A stretch of 64,000 bases of DNA from Eubacteriales bacterium. GTDB lineage: Bacteria; Bacillota; Clostridia; Oscillospirales; CAG-272. Positions 54,301-64,000 of this stretch are shown piece after piece. A model generated the notes under the pieces. The model had not been told where the DNA came from. It did no database searches and saw only the letters and a program-made list of their open reading frames with translations. A program made the position numbers and the translations under genes. Positions within the stretch are counted from its first letter, which is position 1. Each line of letters begins with the position of its first letter. The DNA lies in assembly GCA_045633625.1 (NCBI GenBank), contig JAZQYP010000065.1, forward strand, positions 135,665 to 199,664, read 5' to 3'.

Positions 54301-57300
54301 ATGAAAAAGATAATTGCGATCTTCTTGCTTCTTGCAATGCTCGTAACTGCTTTTGTTTCCTGTAAAGACACGGGAGATGACATTGAAACGGGTGACTCTG
54401 AATCGGTAACTGATACTGTTGACAGTAATGAAACAGGAGATGTTACAGAACCCGAAAGCGAGAGTGAAAACAAAGAATCGGAACCCGAAATAACCGAGAT
54501 CCCCGACCTTGAGCCCGCTGACGTTGTCGTTGACGGTAAGATAAATGAAGACGAGTACGTCGTGTCTACGGGATATCTTGACAGAAACATCGAAAAGCAC
54601 GGCGAGTTTTACGTAGTTGCACCTCACCGCGATTCCGAGAGCATGTGGGCGGCGTACTACTTTAATTTTGACAATGACTATATTTACATAGGCTACGGTG
54701 AGAGAGCAAATTACGGCTCGGAGGTCTGCTTTGACTTTAACCCCGGTGCTGATGCCGACCGCCAGCTTACACTCCATCTCGTATTTTCGAGAAGTACGAG
54801 TGAGAGGGAAAGCACAACATACCCGCTCCAGACTATCGAGGTATTTGACTATCAGGCAGACGGAAGTCAGACTGAGCTTAGTGCAGAGGACTTTGTCGTT
54901 GAGTCTGCACGTACTTGGTGGGATGACGGCATGAGAAACGTCAACTACATCGAGCTCAAGCTTGACCGCGCGGCGCTTGCCGAGTATGCAGGGGTAGAAA
55001 ACTTCTATTATCTTGGCGTAAGAGGAACCACACTTTCCGTTCCCCCTGTAGGTGGCGGGTCTCCCGTTGCTTGCTACGGAAGCACCGAGTCAACGGTATT
55101 CCCGTTTGAAATGAACGCCAATATAGGCTATCACGTTATCGAGCTTAAGAGATACGCTGATCCTGCCGATGCCACTGACGCAAGATTCCTTGAGGACTAC
55201 GGTCAGAAGGTACTTTTTGTAGGAGACAAGATCTCAGCACCGACGCTTGACGGTGTGGTAGCCGAGGGCGAATATGCGACAAAGCACGAGACCGTTATGG
55301 GAGATTATGGAATGATCCACGACTCTAACGGCGGTGCATGGGGCGTTGAATGGGCAAATTACTACATTTCCTATGACGATAAATGCATATATATTGCCGC
55401 AGAGATAAAGGACAGCGAGCACGTTCCTTACGGTACTTGGTCAATGGTCACCACTGCTGACAGCTTAAGCATCTCGCTCGGCGGTATGATAGACAGTGCA
55501 GAGCCTGTGTCAACTGCATCCTCGATAACCTACACCTTCTATGACGGAAGCACGGGCGGATCGGGCAGAGACTTCTTTGATGTAAAGGATACACAAAGAA
55601 ATATTTTCGGCGATCTTGTCGATAAGAACAGAAGATTCAGCAAGGCAACCTACGTCAAGGGCAATTCGGTAAATCACGACGATGCTACAGGAATAACGAC
55701 CTACGAGGTGGCAATAGATATAGAGGCACTCGGCAAGGTATGGACGAATGCAGGCGATATGCAGACCGAGCTCCTTACGCTCGGAGTTCAGATAAAGGAC
55801 GTTTGTACTGACGGAAAGACAGCGGGAGTAAGGTATCTCGGTGTTAACGGAAACGAGGTGAATGACGTTTACGCGTCACTCTCGCTCATGCACGACACGA
55901 CTGTTCACTACGGTGTCATTGGAGTTGAAAAGCTTATTCCTCACACCTTCTTCCTCGGCACGGCGGCAGAATACAATGCCTTCAGGAGCACACGTCTTAA
56001 GGCGACCTCGGACTCTGACGCACCGATCGGTGAGGCTCCCGAGAACGTACAGCTTTACGTCGGATACGCAAGAGAGAACATAACTCCCGACGAGAGTGAT
56101 TTCGCGTATTTCGAGCTTGCAGGTTACGCTGACGGAAGACCTATTTCGAGAGTAAGAGATCATCTTTACGCATCTTGTACCGCATTTAAGGACGCAGAGG
56201 GAGACATAGCGCTTATTTATACGCTTGACCTTCACGCAATGAACCCCGTACAGGCGGCAGAAATAATAGCAAGAATAAATGATGAAACAGGTGTCCCGAA
56301 GGAAAACATAATCCTTAATGTAACGCATACGCATACCGCTCACGGCTTTAGTCTTGACGGCACGGGCAGGGCAAACTATAAGGATAAGTTTTACAATGCG
56401 GTGATTGGCGCGGCAAAGGAAGCTATTGAAGACCTTGCCCCCTGTACCGAGCTTTACGCAGGCGAGATAGATATGTCAGGACACAGCTTTATCCGTAGAT
56501 ACCTTACCGATAAGGGCAACCTTTATGGCGTAGCGCAGGGCGGTTCTGATACCATAATCGCACACGAGCACGAAATGGATTCGATGATCCCCGTAGCAAG
56601 ATTCGTAAGATACGGTGCGAAGGATGTTCTTCTTGTAAACTTCGCGGCACACTGCGATACCGTGTCGTCGAGCGCTCCCGGTGCACTCTCGGCCGACTAC
56701 GTAAGCTCGTTCAGAAGAACGATAGAGAAGGAGCTCGACGTTCACTTCTCGATGCAGCTCGGTGCGACAGGAGACGTAAACCCCCTGTCATCTCTCCCCG
56801 GAGAATTTACCTTCCCCGGAACCACGAAGTACGGAGAGATGCTTGCAACGCGAGTAATTGAGGAGCTTGGTACGCTTCAGAAGCTTGAAATCAGAGGTGA
56901 CGTAGAGGCGCTTGCATCCTCGGTAACGGCTGTTGTCAACCACGAGAGCGACCACTTGCTTGACAAGGCAAACGAGATATGGGATCTCTATTACGGTGAC
57001 AAGAAGGCAGAGGCAAGCGAAAAAATGAAGAAATATGGAATAGCTTCCATCTACGAGGCTATGTACATAAGAGGAAGAGCCGCCTCCGGAGAATCGCAGA
57101 CACGCTTCGTTTCGGCGATATCCATTGGAAACATCGTCTTTGCGGCTGCGGATTTTGAGATGTTCTCTCATACCGGAAGAGATATCAAGGATAGAGGTAA
57201 TGAATACTTTGATCTTACCTTCAACTGTCCTTATTCCAATGGTATGATAGGCTACATCCCCGCGGAATACGCCTTTGAGAACGGCGGATACGAGGTATAT

Positions 57301-57378
57301 TCCTGCGTATACGTTCCGGGAACTGCAGAGGATATTGCAGATGAGATAGTAAGACTTATAGGGGAGCTTGCAAAATAA
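54301..57378 (+). CDS. large lipoprotein: two CBM9-like modules + neutral-ceramidase-like hydrolase domain
   Basis: Lipobox (LVTAFVSC) and an acidic linker. Residues ~293-565 are paralogous to the 2942 protein. The C-terminal ~440 aa carry ...GYA.ENITP.....LAGY......S..V.D.LYA.C.AF.D, NVTHTHTA (ceramidase-like, from memory). Confidence 0.65.
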   Translation: MKKIIAIFLLLAMLVTAFVSCKDTGDDIETGDSESVTDTVDSNETGDVTEPESESENKESEPEITEIPDLEPADVVVDGKINEDEYVVSTGYLDRNIEKHGEFYVVAPHRDSESMWAAYYFNFDNDYIYIGYGERANYGSEVCFDFNPGADADRQLTLHLVFSRSTSERESTTYPLQTIEVFDYQADGSQTELSAEDFVVESARTWWDDGMRNVNYIELKLDRAALAEYAGVENFYYLGVRGTTLSVPPVGGGSPVACYGSTESTVFPFEMNANIGYHVIELKRYADPADATDARFLEDYGQKVLFVGDKISAPTLDGVVAEGEYATKHETVMGDYGMIHDSNGGAWGVEWANYYISYDDKCIYIAAEIKDSEHVPYGTWSMVTTADSLSISLGGMIDSAEPVSTASSITYTFYDGSTGGSGRDFFDVKDTQRNIFGDLVDKNRRFSKATYVKGNSVNHDDATGITTYEVAIDIEALGKVWTNAGDMQTELLTLGVQIKDVCTDGKTAGVRYLGVNGNEVNDVYASLSLMHDTTVHYGVIGVEKLIPHTFFLGTAAEYNAFRSTRLKATSDSDAPIGEAPENVQLYVGYARENITPDESDFAYFELAGYADGRPISRVRDHLYASCTAFKDAEGDIALIYTLDLHAMNPVQAAEIIARINDETGVPKENIILNVTHTHTAHGFSLDGTGRANYKDKFYNAVIGAAKEAIEDLAPCTELYAGEIDMSGHSFIRRYLTDKGNLYGVAQGGSDTIIAHEHEMDSMIPVARFVRYGAKDVLLVNFAAHCDTVSSSAPGALSADYVSSFRRTIEKELDVHFSMQLGATGDVNPLSSLPGEFTFPGTTKYGEMLATRVIEELGTLQKLEIRGDVEALASSVTAVVNHESDHLLDKANEIWDLYYGDKKAEASEKMKKYGIASIYEAMYIRGRAASGESQTRFVSAISIGNIVFAAADFEMFSHTGRDIKDRGNEYFDLTFNCPYSNGMIGYIPAEYAFENGGYEVYSCVYVPGTAEDIADEIVRLIGELAK

Positions 57379-57387
57379 AAAAAACTA

Positions 57388-57420
57388 AAGCGCAGGGCAT
57401 TGCCCTGCGCTTTTTGCTTT
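57388..57420. terminator. bidirectional terminator
   Basis: gcgcagggc-att-gccctgcgc followed by tttttgcttttt, with an A-run upstream. Confidence 0.85.
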
Positions 57421-57429
57421 TTCGATGTT

Positions 57430-58059
57430 CTAAAATCTTCCGAGTACCGAGACTGCTTTGTGCTCGCAAAGGGGACTGCCGTGCTCTGATACGTAGTATT
57501 TCATCATATCGGAATTTTCCCTTGTTCCGTATTCGGCGATAAAGGAAAATTCATCAAGCGGGGAATAGACCGCCGTCTCGACGTCTGCGAGGAAAAGATA
57601 GCATTTGCCGTTTTCGGCGCGATATGCCGAGCTGTCGCCTATGTATCCGATATCCGAAAGCCGTCTGCAGACGCGCAACAGAACCTCTGTGCTCTCAAAT
57701 GCATAGACCGAGCACACGTTCTTTGCCGTGGCGGTCTTTTTTTGTTTTTTTATCTGCGACGAGAGCCTTTCGTAGCCCTGCGAGCATTTTTTGTCAGTGC
57801 CCGACTCATCAAGAAGTCCTATCTTTGTGACGAACATCTCGCACCCTCCGTCCTTTGAGGGATAGAGCTGAACGAGCACCCGTTGCCCGTCGGTGTCAAA
57901 GCCCGTTTTGTGCTTGGCACGGCTGAGAATATCCCAGAACATTCGTTTTGTTTCGGTATTTGAGTAGTCAAGCTCGTCAGCACTTATCTCAAAGGCGGCG
58001 AGATCCTCCTCACGCAGCATTACCTTAAGCTTGCATTCACTTATTAAAATTATCTCCAT
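57430..58059 (-). CDS. mecA: adaptor protein MecA
   Basis: MEIILISECKLKVMLREEDLAAFEIS..LDYSNTETKRMFWDIL. ATG lies ~10 nt after GGAGG. Confidence 0.75.
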   Translation of the reverse strand: MEIILISECKLKVMLREEDLAAFEISADELDYSNTETKRMFWDILSRAKHKTGFDTDGQRVLVQLYPSKDGGCEMFVTKIGLLDESGTDKKCSQGYERLSSQIKKQKKTATAKNVCSVYAFESTEVLLRVCRRLSDIGYIGDSSAYRAENGKCYLFLADVETAVYSPLDEFSFIAEYGTRENSDMMKYYVSEHGSPLCEHKAVSVLGRF

Positions 58060-58221
58060 AATCGAAGTGTCCTCCAATCTACTATTACATTATAATCACA
58101 AAACTATCAAAATGTAACCCCTAAATTTATGGAAAAAAAGCAGATATGAGCCAAATTGGTGTTGACGGGTGGGCGTGCTGATGCTATAATTTATATATAT
58201 TGTAAAAAAGGAGGAAGCAAG

Positions 58222-60648
58222 ATGATATTTGACAGTGATACGCGCGAGATAGTTATGACTCTTAACGAACTGACGTCACTCGCCTGCAAGAGTGGAAGTA
58301 TTGACGTAAGACACCCCGCGCAGAGCCCATCATACAGCACGGTTTCCTCCGATACGCTCTTTAAGATATACAAGGAGGAGGGGACGTATGCCCAGAGTAT
58401 GGTGCCACTTACCTTGTCTTGTGAATACGGTGCGCTCAGATACACTGTAAGCGCGCTTGCCGACGCCGTTGTCAAGAAAAACGGACGGCTTCGCATTGAC
58501 GTCGTGCGCGGTGTAAAAAAATACGGCTTCTACGCGCCTCCAAGTCACGAGCTTCTCTCATACGTCAAGTGTGCCGCGCTGTTTTGCGCCACAAGAGAGG
58601 GCTTCAAATCACTCACCTGCCGCATATACTTTGTATATGAGGATAAGGAGCAAAAGATCAAGTATTTCGATTATTATTACTCGCTCGAGGAGCTTGAGGC
58701 AAGCTATACCGAGCTTATAAAAAAGATCTCGGTGCGTGCCGAGCTCATAGCCGAGAGGGAAGAAAGAGTGCTCCCGTCTGCCGCGGACGCCATATTTCCG
58801 TACAGAGGACTTCGTGAGGGGCAACAGATAATGATAAAGGAGTGCTACTCGGCAATAAAGCAGGGAAAGCGCATCTTCCTCGAAGCGCCGACGGGAACGG
58901 GCAAGACGGTGGCGTCCCTTTATCCCGCGGTGAGAGCTATAGGAAACCGCCTTTGCGACAAGGTCTTTTATCTGACCTCAAAGGCAAGCACAAGGCGAGA
59001 GGCGTTCAAGGGCGCATCAAAGCTTTATTCTGCGGGTGTTGGACTTCGAACGATAGTTGTTGGAGCGAAGGAGCAGGTCTGCCTTTGCGGAGCAAGGACG
59101 GTGCTTGGCGCGACGGGCAAGCTTTGCAATCCCATTGATTGCCCCTATGCCGCAGGATATTACGATAAGGTTGAGGGAGCTATAGAGGAGCTACTTACAG
59201 CGGGACACGGATATACGACGCGGCAGATAGCGAGTGTTGCCAAGCGACACGGAGTCTGTCCTTATGAGCTCTCGCTTGACCTCTCCGAGCTTTGCGATAT
59301 AATTATCTGCGACTATAACTACGTCTTTGATCCTGCCGTCTATTTCAGACGGTATTTTGGAGAGAACGGCAGAAATGAAAAATACGTTTTCCTTGTTGAC
59401 GAGGCACATAATATGCCAGACAGAGCGAGGGATATGTATTCAGCCGAGCTGTCAAACAAGTCACTTGAATCGGTATTTTCAAAGATCGATGCAGATGACA
59501 AGACGATATACGAGACATTTGAAAAGATGGTTTTTGCATTCAGAGCGGTCAAAAAGCTCTGCCGTGATACGCTTGCGGTTGGGTCTGACGGTATCGAACG
59601 TGGCTTTTATATAAGTAACACCGAGCTTGCGGGCTTTGGCGAGGCGCTTGACGTCTTTAGAAAGCGATGCGAGAGCTGGCTTAAGACCAACGAGGATCAC
59701 GCCCTTTGGTATGAGATAAACGCACTTATCGGGGATATAAAGCGCTATTTGTGCGTCAAAGAATATTTTGATAGCCGATTTTATAATTACGTTTACGTCG
59801 AGGGCGAGACGGTGAGTGTAAAGATATTCTGTCTTGATCCGTCTTATATTCTCGATAAGATACAAAAGAGGGCGGTCTCGACGGTTATGTTCTCGGCAAC
59901 GCTGACACCCCCCGATTATTTCTCGGGTATACTTGGCGGCGGCAAGGATGCAGTACGCGTCTCTCTCCCGTCGGCGTTCAATCCCAAAAATCTCTGCGTC
60001 GCAGTGGCGTCACACATCAGCACACGCTTTGAGGACAGAAAAAAGAGCTATGCGAAATACGTGCAGGTGCTTGCCGCCGCAGTCAGTCGCAAGGCGGGGA
60101 ATTACATCGCGTATTTTCCATCATACGACTGCCTTGAGGGCACGTACGAAGTTTTTGTGAAGAAATATCCAAAGGTCGCGACTGTCGTGCAAAAGCGCGG
60201 AATGACACTTTCCGATAAGGAAGAATTCCTTAATTTCTTCAAGGATGATACGGGAGTGCTTCGCGTTGGATTTTGTGTGCTTGGTGGCTCGTTTTCGGAG
60301 GGCGTTGACCTTCCGGGCGCGCGTCTTATAGGCACGGTCATCTTCGGTGTGGGTCTGCCCGGACTCTCAAACGAGAAGAATATTATGCGAGATTATTACG
60401 ATAACCGCGGCGAGTCGGGATATGATTACGCTTACACCTTCCCCGGAATGAATAACGTGCTTCAGGCGGCGGGTAGAGTTATTCGTACCGACAGCGACAA
60501 GGGTGTTGTGGTGCTTGCCGACGACAGATATACCGAAGAGAAGTACAAAATGCTCTTTCCTGAGCATTGGGAAGACGTAAAATGCGCCGAAAATGCAAGT
60601 GAGCTTGCAGGAATTATTCAAAATTTCTGGGATTTGAGCGATTTTTGA
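58222..60648 (+). CDS. XPD/DinG-family Fe-S ATP-dependent DNA helicase with ~200-aa N-terminal extension
   Basis: EAPTGTGKT, a 4-Cys cluster (C..C....C..C, then GVCPYE), VDEAHN, GSFSEGVDLPG, QAAGRVIRT. AGGAGG RBS. Confidence 0.8.
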   Translation: MIFDSDTREIVMTLNELTSLACKSGSIDVRHPAQSPSYSTVSSDTLFKIYKEEGTYAQSMVPLTLSCEYGALRYTVSALADAVVKKNGRLRIDVVRGVKKYGFYAPPSHELLSYVKCAALFCATREGFKSLTCRIYFVYEDKEQKIKYFDYYYSLEELEASYTELIKKISVRAELIAEREERVLPSAADAIFPYRGLREGQQIMIKECYSAIKQGKRIFLEAPTGTGKTVASLYPAVRAIGNRLCDKVFYLTSKASTRREAFKGASKLYSAGVGLRTIVVGAKEQVCLCGARTVLGATGKLCNPIDCPYAAGYYDKVEGAIEELLTAGHGYTTRQIASVAKRHGVCPYELSLDLSELCDIIICDYNYVFDPAVYFRRYFGENGRNEKYVFLVDEAHNMPDRARDMYSAELSNKSLESVFSKIDADDKTIYETFEKMVFAFRAVKKLCRDTLAVGSDGIERGFYISNTELAGFGEALDVFRKRCESWLKTNEDHALWYEINALIGDIKRYLCVKEYFDSRFYNYVYVEGETVSVKIFCLDPSYILDKIQKRAVSTVMFSATLTPPDYFSGILGGGKDAVRVSLPSAFNPKNLCVAVASHISTRFEDRKKSYAKYVQVLAAAVSRKAGNYIAYFPSYDCLEGTYEVFVKKYPKVATVVQKRGMTLSDKEEFLNFFKDDTGVLRVGFCVLGGSFSEGVDLPGARLIGTVIFGVGLPGLSNEKNIMRDYYDNRGESGYDYAYTFPGMNNVLQAAGRVIRTDSDKGVVVLADDRYTEEKYKMLFPEHWEDVKCAENASELAGIIQNFWDLSDF

Positions 60649-60764
60649 GAAAAAATGCGAATTTTTTTGCAAAATTTAAAAATAGTTCTTGCTTTTTGTG
60701 GAATAATATGGTAGAATACTCCTTGTTTGATACATAAGAGTGAAAAACGCATAGGAGACTACCG

Positions 60765-62042
60765 ATGAACTATACCCAAATGAGTGCCGAGCAGCTTGCA
60801 CAGGAAAAGCAGAAGGCAGAGGCGGAATATGCCGCACTGAAAGAAAAAAATCTCTCGCTTGATCTCTCAAGAGGAAAGCCCGGCCGTACACAGCTTGATA
60901 TACTGAACGATATGCTTGACTGCATAGGTGCCGAGGATCTGACGACGGAGAGCGGCTTCGATTGCAGAAATTACGGACTTGTAGACGGAATTCCCGAAGC
61001 AAAAAGACTTTTTTCCGAGATAATCGGAATTGATGCTAAAAATATAATTGTCGGCGGCAACTCGTCGCTTAATTTGATGTATGACGCGGTAGCCCGCGCG
61101 ATGCTCTACGGCGTTGTTGGCGGAAGCGAGCCGTGGGGACGTCAGGGCAAGATAAAATTTATTTGCCCGGCACCCGGATACGACAGACACTTTGCCATAT
61201 GCGAGTCTCTCGGCATCGAGATGATTCCCGTAAAGATGACCCCCACAGGTCCCGATATGGATACCGTCGAGTCGCTCGTTGCGACCGACGCGCAGATAAA
61301 GGGAATCTGGTGCTGCCCCAAGTATTCGAATCCCGACGGATATACCTATTCCGACGAGACGGTAAAGCGCCTCGCGGCAATGAAGACTGCCGCTCCCGAT
61401 TTCAGAATATTCTGGGACAATGCCTACGTTGTTCATCATCTTTATGAAGACAAGCAAGACACACTTCTCGATATTTTTGCGGAGTGCAAGAAGAACGAGA
61501 CAGAGGACAGAGTCCTCATCTTTGCCTCTACCTCAAAGATATCCTTCCCGGGTGCAGGTGTAGCAGTGCTTGCGGCGTCCGAGGAAAATCTTAAGCAGAT
61601 AAAGGCAGTAATGTCGATACAGACGATAGGTCACGATAAGATAAATCAGATGCGTCACGTAAAGTACTTCGGTAACGGAGAAAACGTAAATAAGCATATG
61701 ATGAAGCTTGCTGAGGTGATCCGTCCTAAGTTTGAGATAGTCTTTGAGACACTTGAGAGAGAGCTCTCCGGAGTGGCAAGATGGACGACACCGAACGGTG
61801 GATATTTCGTCAGTCTTTATACGTATGACGGATGTGCGAAGCGCACGTACGAGCTTTGCCGCGAGGCAGGTGTGACGCTTACGAAGGTTGGCGCGACCTA
61901 TCCTTACGGAAAGGATCCCGATGACAGCAATATAAGAATTGCTCCCACCTTCCCGTCGAATACCGACTTACAGGCGGCGATGGACGTCCTTGCCGTTTGC
62001 GTAAGACTTGCAACTATTGAAAAGCTGATTGCAGAAAAATAA
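60765..62042 (+). CDS. class I/II PLP-dependent aminotransferase (aspartate-aminotransferase-like)
   Basis: [13 protein letters not shown]-terminal motif and [11 protein letters not shown] (PLP Lys). TTGCTT-17-TAGAAT with an extended -10 TG lies upstream. Confidence 0.75.
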   Translation: MNYTQMSAEQLAQEKQKAEAEYAALKEKNLSLDLSRGKPGRTQLDILNDMLDCIGAEDLTTESGFDCRNYGLVDGIPEAKRLFSEIIGIDAKNIIVGGNSSLNLMYDAVARAMLYGVVGGSEPWGRQGKIKFICPAPGYDRHFAICESLGIEMIPVKMTPTGPDMDTVESLVATDAQIKGIWCCPKYSNPDGYTYSDETVKRLAAMKTAAPDFRIFWDNAYVVHHLYEDKQDTLLDIFAECKKNETEDRVLIFASTSKISFPGAGVAVLAASEENLKQIKAVMSIQTIGHDKINQMRHVKYFGNGENVNKHMMKLAEVIRPKFEIVFETLERELSGVARWTTPNGGYFVSLYTYDGCAKRTYELCREAGVTLTKVGATYPYGKDPDDSNIRIAPTFPSNTDLQAAMDVLAVCVRLATIEKLIAEK

Positions 62043-62095
62043 AAAAGGTGTCAAATTCCGGTGCTCACGCATCGGAATTTGGCGTATATGGAGAA

Positions 62096-63061
62096 ATGAA
62101 GAAAACGCAGAGGAGCACAAATCCATATGAAAATACCGACACGAACAAGCGGTATTATACTTACGATTACTATCTTCGTCGCACGTTTGGCGGTAAGTGC
62201 GCAAAGATCCCGCTTGACGCGGGATTTACTTGCCCGAATATCGACGGACGGTGCGGTACTGGTGGCTGTATATATTGCTCGGGGCGCGGAAGCGGAGATT
62301 TTGCCGAGCTTCCGAGTCTTTCCTTGCGAGAGCAATATGATAGAACGAGGGAAAAGCTTTCGTCAAAGTGGTCAACAGAGAAGTGCATCGCCTATTTTCA
62401 GGCACATACGAATACCTATGCGCCCCTTGAGGTGCTTCGCGAGAAATTCGAGGAAGCACTCTCCCTTGACGGCGTTGTGGGAATAAATATCGCCACACGT
62501 GCCGACTGTCTTGAGGACGACGTGGTGGCGTATCTTGCGGAGCTTGCAGAGAAAACGGTGCTGACAGTAGAGCTTGGGCTTCAGACGGCACACGATGCAA
62601 CGGCAGAATTTATAAATCGCGGGCATACATTTGAAGATTTTGTGTGCGGATACGAAAAATTAAAAAATGCGTCTGACAAAATAAATATTTGCGTTCACCT
62701 TATCCTCGGTCTGCCAAATGAGACACAAGATATGATGCTCCAAACCGTGCGCGATGTCGCGGCGCTTGAGCCGCATCAGGTGAAAATTCATCTGCTTCAC
62801 GTTCTTCGCGGCACAAGGATGGGCGAGATATACGAGAAGGGCGAGTACACGCCCCTGACAAAAGAGGAATACGTAAAAACAGTTGTAGCGGCACTTGAGC
62901 TTTTGCCTCCCGAAACAGTTGTCGGCAGAGTGACGGGTGACGGTATGGCAGACGATCTCCTCGCACCCGATTGGAGTCGAAAAAAGGTGTCTGTCATCAA
63001 CGATATAGACAAGCTCCTGTACGAAAGAAACACCTATCAGGGCAGACTCTACGCCAAATAA
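62096..63061 (+). CDS. TIGR01212/YhcC-type radical SAM protein
   Basis: KRYYTYDYYLRRTFGGKCAKIPLDAGFTCPNIDGRCGTGGCIYCS. The start is uncertain: 62096 ATG versus 62048 GTG. A 9-bp hairpin at 62052-62081 would lie inside the longer version. Confidence 0.8.
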   Translation: MKKTQRSTNPYENTDTNKRYYTYDYYLRRTFGGKCAKIPLDAGFTCPNIDGRCGTGGCIYCSGRGSGDFAELPSLSLREQYDRTREKLSSKWSTEKCIAYFQAHTNTYAPLEVLREKFEEALSLDGVVGINIATRADCLEDDVVAYLAELAEKTVLTVELGLQTAHDATAEFINRGHTFEDFVCGYEKLKNASDKINICVHLILGLPNETQDMMLQTVRDVAALEPHQVKIHLLHVLRGTRMGEIYEKGEYTPLTKEEYVKTVVAALELLPPETVVGRVTGDGMADDLLAPDWSRKKVSVINDIDKLLYERNTYQGRLYAK

Positions 63062-63157
63062 TTTTTTCGATATTTTTTTAACAATATCTATTGATTATTT
63101 GGTAAATGTATGTTATATTATATGGTGGTAAAAAATTTTGAAAGGTGGATATAAATT

Positions 63158-64000
63158 ATGACCTACAACAAGAAATCTATTGAAGACGTTGTTATTGAGG
63201 CGGGCACAAAGGTGTTCGTTCGTTGCGATTTCAACGTTCCCTCCAAGGACGGCGTTATCACCTCTGATAAGAGAATCGTAGAGGCGCTTCCCACAATCAA
63301 GTACCTTATGTCCAAGGGCGCTAAGGTTATCCTTGCTTCCCACATGGGCAAGCCCCACAACGTATTTACTCCCGGATTCAAGCTCACAAAGAAGGAAGTA
63401 AAGAAGGTCGCAGAGCTTCCCGAAGGGGAGCAGGCAGCAGCTACCGCAGAGTATCTTGAGAAGGCAAAGAAGGACGTTAAGAAGTTCTCCCTTCAGATCG
63501 TTGCAGACAAGCTCAACGAGTACCTCGACGGTAAGGTAGTATTTGCAAATGACATTATCGGCGACGATGCAAAGGCAAAGATCGCCGCTATGGAGAACGG
63601 AACCTGTGTACTTCTTCAGAACGTTCGTTTTGACGCAGGTGAGGAGAAGAACAAGCCCGAGTTCGCAAAGGCACTTGCTGACCTCTGCGGAGAGAACGGA
63701 CTTTACGTAAACGACGCATTCGGTACTGCTCACAGAGCACACGCATCGACTGCAGGTGTTGCAGCATACCTTCCCGCAGTTTGCGGATACCTCATCGGCA
63801 AGGAGATCGGTGTTATGGGTAAGGCTCTCGCTGACCCCGAGAGACCCTTCGTTGCTATCCTTGGCGGAGCTAAGGTTTCCGATAAGCTCAACGTTATAAA
63901 CAACCTTCTCACAAAGGTTGATACCCTTATCATTGGCGGTGGTATGGCATACACGTTCCTCGCAGCTAAGGGCTACGGTGTTGGTAACTCTCTCCTTGAT
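63158..64000 (+). CDS. pgk: phosphoglycerate kinase (3' end outside window)
   Basis: [39 protein letters not shown]. The frame is open to the end of the window. The ORF is absent from the ORF track because no stop is reached. Confidence 0.9.
   Translation, partial: MTYNKKSIEDVVIEAGTKVFVRCDFNVPSKDGVITSDKRIVEALPTIKYLMSKGAKVILASHMGKPHNVFTPGFKLTKKEVKKVAELPEGEQAAATAEYLEKAKKDVKKFSLQIVADKLNEYLDGKVVFANDIIGDDAKAKIAAMENGTCVLLQNVRFDAGEEKNKPEFAKALADLCGENGLYVNDAFGTAHRAHASTAGVAAYLPAVCGYLIGKEIGVMGKALADPERPFVAILGGAKVSDKLNVINNLLTKVDTLIIGGGMAYTFLAAKGYGVGNSLLD

Noticed and set aside
62048-62095. Longer GTG-initiated N-terminus of the radical SAM protein
   Set aside because: It has no SD and would translate through a 9-bp-stem hairpin (62052-62081). 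Family members start close to the KRYYT motif. It is kept only as an alternative.

Overview
This is a dense 64-kb chromosomal segment from what looks like a medium-GC, endospore-forming Firmicute. It resembles Clostridia/Oscillospiraceae, judged from an alpha/beta SASP, gpr-spoIIP, mecA, a T-box pheST leader and a ylxM-ffh-rpsP-KH cluster. All family names come from motifs read by eye; no searches were run. About 50 genes are called.

Gene content in order:
- DUF1538-type membrane protein plus a tandem P-II-like protein
- exported CBM9-like protein with (ETEPA)n repeats
- four tandem paralogous SBP-like lipoprotein genes
- operon of two membrane proteins and an M20 peptidase
- degV, ribF
- argG-argH-argF-carA-carB operon
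- Gly-rich membrane protein, flavin-reductase/rubredoxin, eno, hom, a sigma factor, a Zn-ribbon protein
- pheST with its T-box leader, an orphan family-5 SBP, gpr-spoIIP, an XRE/S24 repressor, a GT4 glycosyltransferase, mgtE, ldh
- ylxM-ffh-rpsP-KH-ylqD-like cluster, a DUF815 ATPase, an SGNH hydrolase, an AEC transporter, a family-4 UDG
- 1025-aa lipoprotein with a ceramidase-like domain, mecA, an XPD/DinG-like Fe-S helicase, an aminotransferase, a TIGR01212-type radical SAM protein, pgk (3' partial)

No rRNA, tRNA, CRISPR array, transposase, integrase or phage genes were seen.

Most unusual observations:
1. The CPS genes in the arg operon are atypical. CarA has lost the glutaminase Cys and His of its triad. 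CarB is fused in frame to a full-length DapF-like epimerase whose first catalytic Cys is displaced.
2. Four promoter+gene+terminator copies of an orphan SBP-like lipoprotein sit head to tail, with a near-invariant five-Cys C-terminal block.
3. A 782-bp AT-rich cassette is bounded by perfect 18-bp inverted repeats. It carries a small ORF and GC-rich palindromic elements.
4. An exported protein ends in a GGCG + TM + KKR tail that looks like a C-terminal sorting signal.
5. Twin TTGTTGA-N4-TCAACAA operators bracket the degV promoter.

Long antisense ORFs are pervasive. They are explained as codon-aligned shadow frames.
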